Both the position numbers and the translations under genes were made by a program. A DNA stretch of 64,000 nt. Source: the human T2T-CHM13v2.0 reference genome, Homo sapiens. The stretch is taken from NCBI RefSeq assembly GCF_009914755.1, contig NC_060927.1. One strand, given 5' to 3'. This document shows, one piece after another, positions 61,642 through 64,000 of the stretch (position 1 is the first letter of the stretch; the number at the start of each line of letters is the position of its first letter). A model generated the notes under the pieces. The model searched no databases and was not told the DNA's origin. It saw only the letters and a list, made by a program, of their open reading frames with translations.

Positions 61642-62895
61642 CTGGATACTTTATATACATTCATCCACACAGGCAGTTGTATAAGCAATATTATCCTTGA
61701 CCAGAAAGACAATGTCAGCTACTTTTTATCTGTCATATTGGATTCAGTAAGTATGGTTTGGTCCTTCACAAAACAGTAAACTCTCTTGTTTCTAGGTTGT
61801 ACCCCAAAGTCCTTGAGGCTCAATAAGTTTACGTTGTTTTTTTCGTTTTTCAAAACCACATTATGAAGTAGAACAGTACTTCCTTTTGTTCTCTACAGTG
61901 GTGATTTCTTGCAAGGGTTATCCATCACTGGGTCTGTCTGGATTGATGTACAATGGTTATAGTCTGAAATTCTCTGAGAAGTAGACATTATTTCCATATT
62001 GTGGTCTACACTGGATTCCAATTGTTAGTTTTTATTTGCTTACAAGTTATTTCTCCTGACAAAGGCTATATTTAGCTGAACTATGTGATTTGATTTGCAA
62101 ATCCTACTCCCTCACACACACATATTTAAGTAATTGTTTCAAACAAAGGTTCACCCTCATCCACTTTGTAAGGCAGGCTGAAGGTATAAGTAAAGTGGGT
62201 GTAGCTGTGTTTGTTTCTGCACTTTAAGAAGTCCTTTAATATGAATAGTTAAGCAAATTCCTGTAGGTGAAAAGTATTCCTATCATCTGGCTTATGTGTT
62301 TGATTTCCTTACAGTGCAAATAGACAAAGCCCTTCAGAAAGCCACCCACACAGAGTAAAACTGCTATGATAGGGTTCATTGCTTCTTTTGTTGTTGTTTC
62401 AGTGAAAATGATTCCAAAAGATGGGCATAAGCTAAATACAACTCCCCAGTAAATGAAAGTGTGCCATCATGCTAATTGGAACAAACCTGTAGCACAGTTT
62501 AAACCAGCAGAAAAGCTGTTCAGTGCAGCATCCCTGAACCTAAAGTCAGAAGATGAGGGAGTCTGGCCCGAGTCCTCCCCTTTGCTTGCTGAGTGGCACT
62601 GCTTAAATAGCTTAACTTCTCTGAGTCTCCTTTGTGAAACTGGGTTATACTTAATGACCTTTATTGTTCCATGTAGCTACTTTCTAAATTCAACAATCAA
62701 AACGTTTTAATTACATTCTCTCTTTACATATTGATATATTCTTGGGTACTGGGTTTCAAGATGTGTATACTTCTTAGTGAGCAGAATAAGCATATTATAT
62801 ATATCGGGGTTTTTTTCTCCTTTAATCACATTCCATTTGTTACCCTCAATACCTTAATTTTTTGTCATCCAAGTTGCTGCTTTTTCTTGCTATAT

Positions 62896-63269
62896 TGTAT
62901 TAGTTTGCTAGGACTGCTGTAACAAAATACCACAGAATGAGTGGCTCTAACAATTGAAATTTGTTCTCACAGTTCTGAAGTCCAAGATCAAGGTGCCAGC
63001 AGGGCTGGTTTCCCCTGACACCTCTCTCCTTGACTTGTGGATGCTCTTCATATGGCCATCCCTCAGAGCACCCTTACCCCTCGTATTTTTCTGTGTGTCC
63101 AAATTTTCTCTTGTTATAAGGACACCAGTCATATTGGATTAGGGACCAACCGTATTACCTCTTTTTACCTCTTCAAAGTCCCTATCTACAAATACAGTCA
63201 CATTCTGAGTTACTGGGGGTTAGGTCTTCAACACATTGAGTTTTAGGGAGACAGAATCAGTCCATAACA
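62896..63269 (-). mobile_element. MLT1A/B-type solo LTR
   Basis: 'tgtattagtttgctaggactgctgtaacaaaataccacag...cagtccataaca'; TSD tatat/tatgt. Confidence 0.9.
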
Positions 63270-63344
63270 TATGTAATCTTTTAAAAAATTATTACTTTTT
63301 ATCTTATTTATTTTTAAAATTTTATTTATTTAAAAATTGCATTT

Positions 63345-63466
63345 TAGTAAAGATGGAGTCTTGTTATGTTGACCAGGGCTGATCTCGAACTCTTGGGCTC
63401 AAGATATCCTCCTGCCTCAGTCTCCCAAAGTGCTGGGATTATAGGTATGAGCCACTGCACCAGGCT
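63345..63466 (-). mobile_element. FLAM / AluJ left monomer
   Basis: Single monomer 'ctcgaactcttgggctcaag..atcctcctgcctcag' with decayed T-rich tail. Confidence 0.88.
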
Positions 63467-64000
63467 TATAGCATATATATTCTAAGTCTTCTTTATATTA
63501 ATATAGACTTTATCAAATAACATTTTAGCATCATTTAAAAATATTTTATACTTTCAATATAATAATCAACATATACTTCTTCTAAACAGACTTTAAATAG
63601 TCATCATAATTTTAATTACATGAATCAATGCTTATAAGTCTTCATGAATCCTCCTAGTAGATATGTTCATTTTTTTATACTACAATATTTTCATAATTTA
63701 TTCTTCCTTCCTTATGATACCTGAAAAAGAAATTTATTAATAGCTAGTCACTTATAAACCAGCATCCCAGAATTCCTGGTATCACCTCTAGTATGACATA
63801 ATCATATGCTCCCAATGGGTGCCTAATAAACACTTGTTAGATTAATTAATTTGATTCTTTTGACTTATAGGAGACTAAAGGCCAGGAAAAATAGAGATCA
63901 GTATCTAGGAATCAAACTACTATTCACTGCATAGCACAAAGTAACAATTCTCAAAAATTTTACAGCAACAAATGGGGAGGATAATGCTCACTGGTACATG

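Noticed and set aside
61780-62460. Several strong plus-strand acceptor-like sites (~61795, 61898, 62314, 62402)
   Set aside because: No convincing paired donors; frames close quickly and peptides are unrecognised

Overview
Primate (almost certainly human) AT-rich, non-coding genomic DNA, either intergenic or intronic. I cannot support any host protein-coding exon or RNA gene, and the only ORFs that match a protein I recognise are repeat-derived. Roughly half the window is interspersed repeat: about 22 Alus, a 5'-truncated L1PA5-like element abutting a near full-length L1MA3-like element, MSTA/THE1 MaLR elements, solo LTRs (MER9/HML-3, MER4, MER31, MER67-like, MLT1/MLT2), DNA-transposon relics and L2/MIR. 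The most informative observations are: (1) a 78-bp stretch of local unique DNA (28350-28427) copied into the 5' UTR of the old L1 (32912-32989); (2) an L1-mobilised HERV-W processed retrocopy with two microhomology deletions; (3) reuse of one L1 target site by two L1s of different ages; (4) a 144-bp Alu with intact ends and two ~75-nt internal deletions; (5) a candidate T-box/homeodomain enhancer near 17.1-17.5 kb. I see no convincing new multi-gene biological system. Subfamily names come from recalled consensus sequences, and the boundaries of old repeats are approximate.
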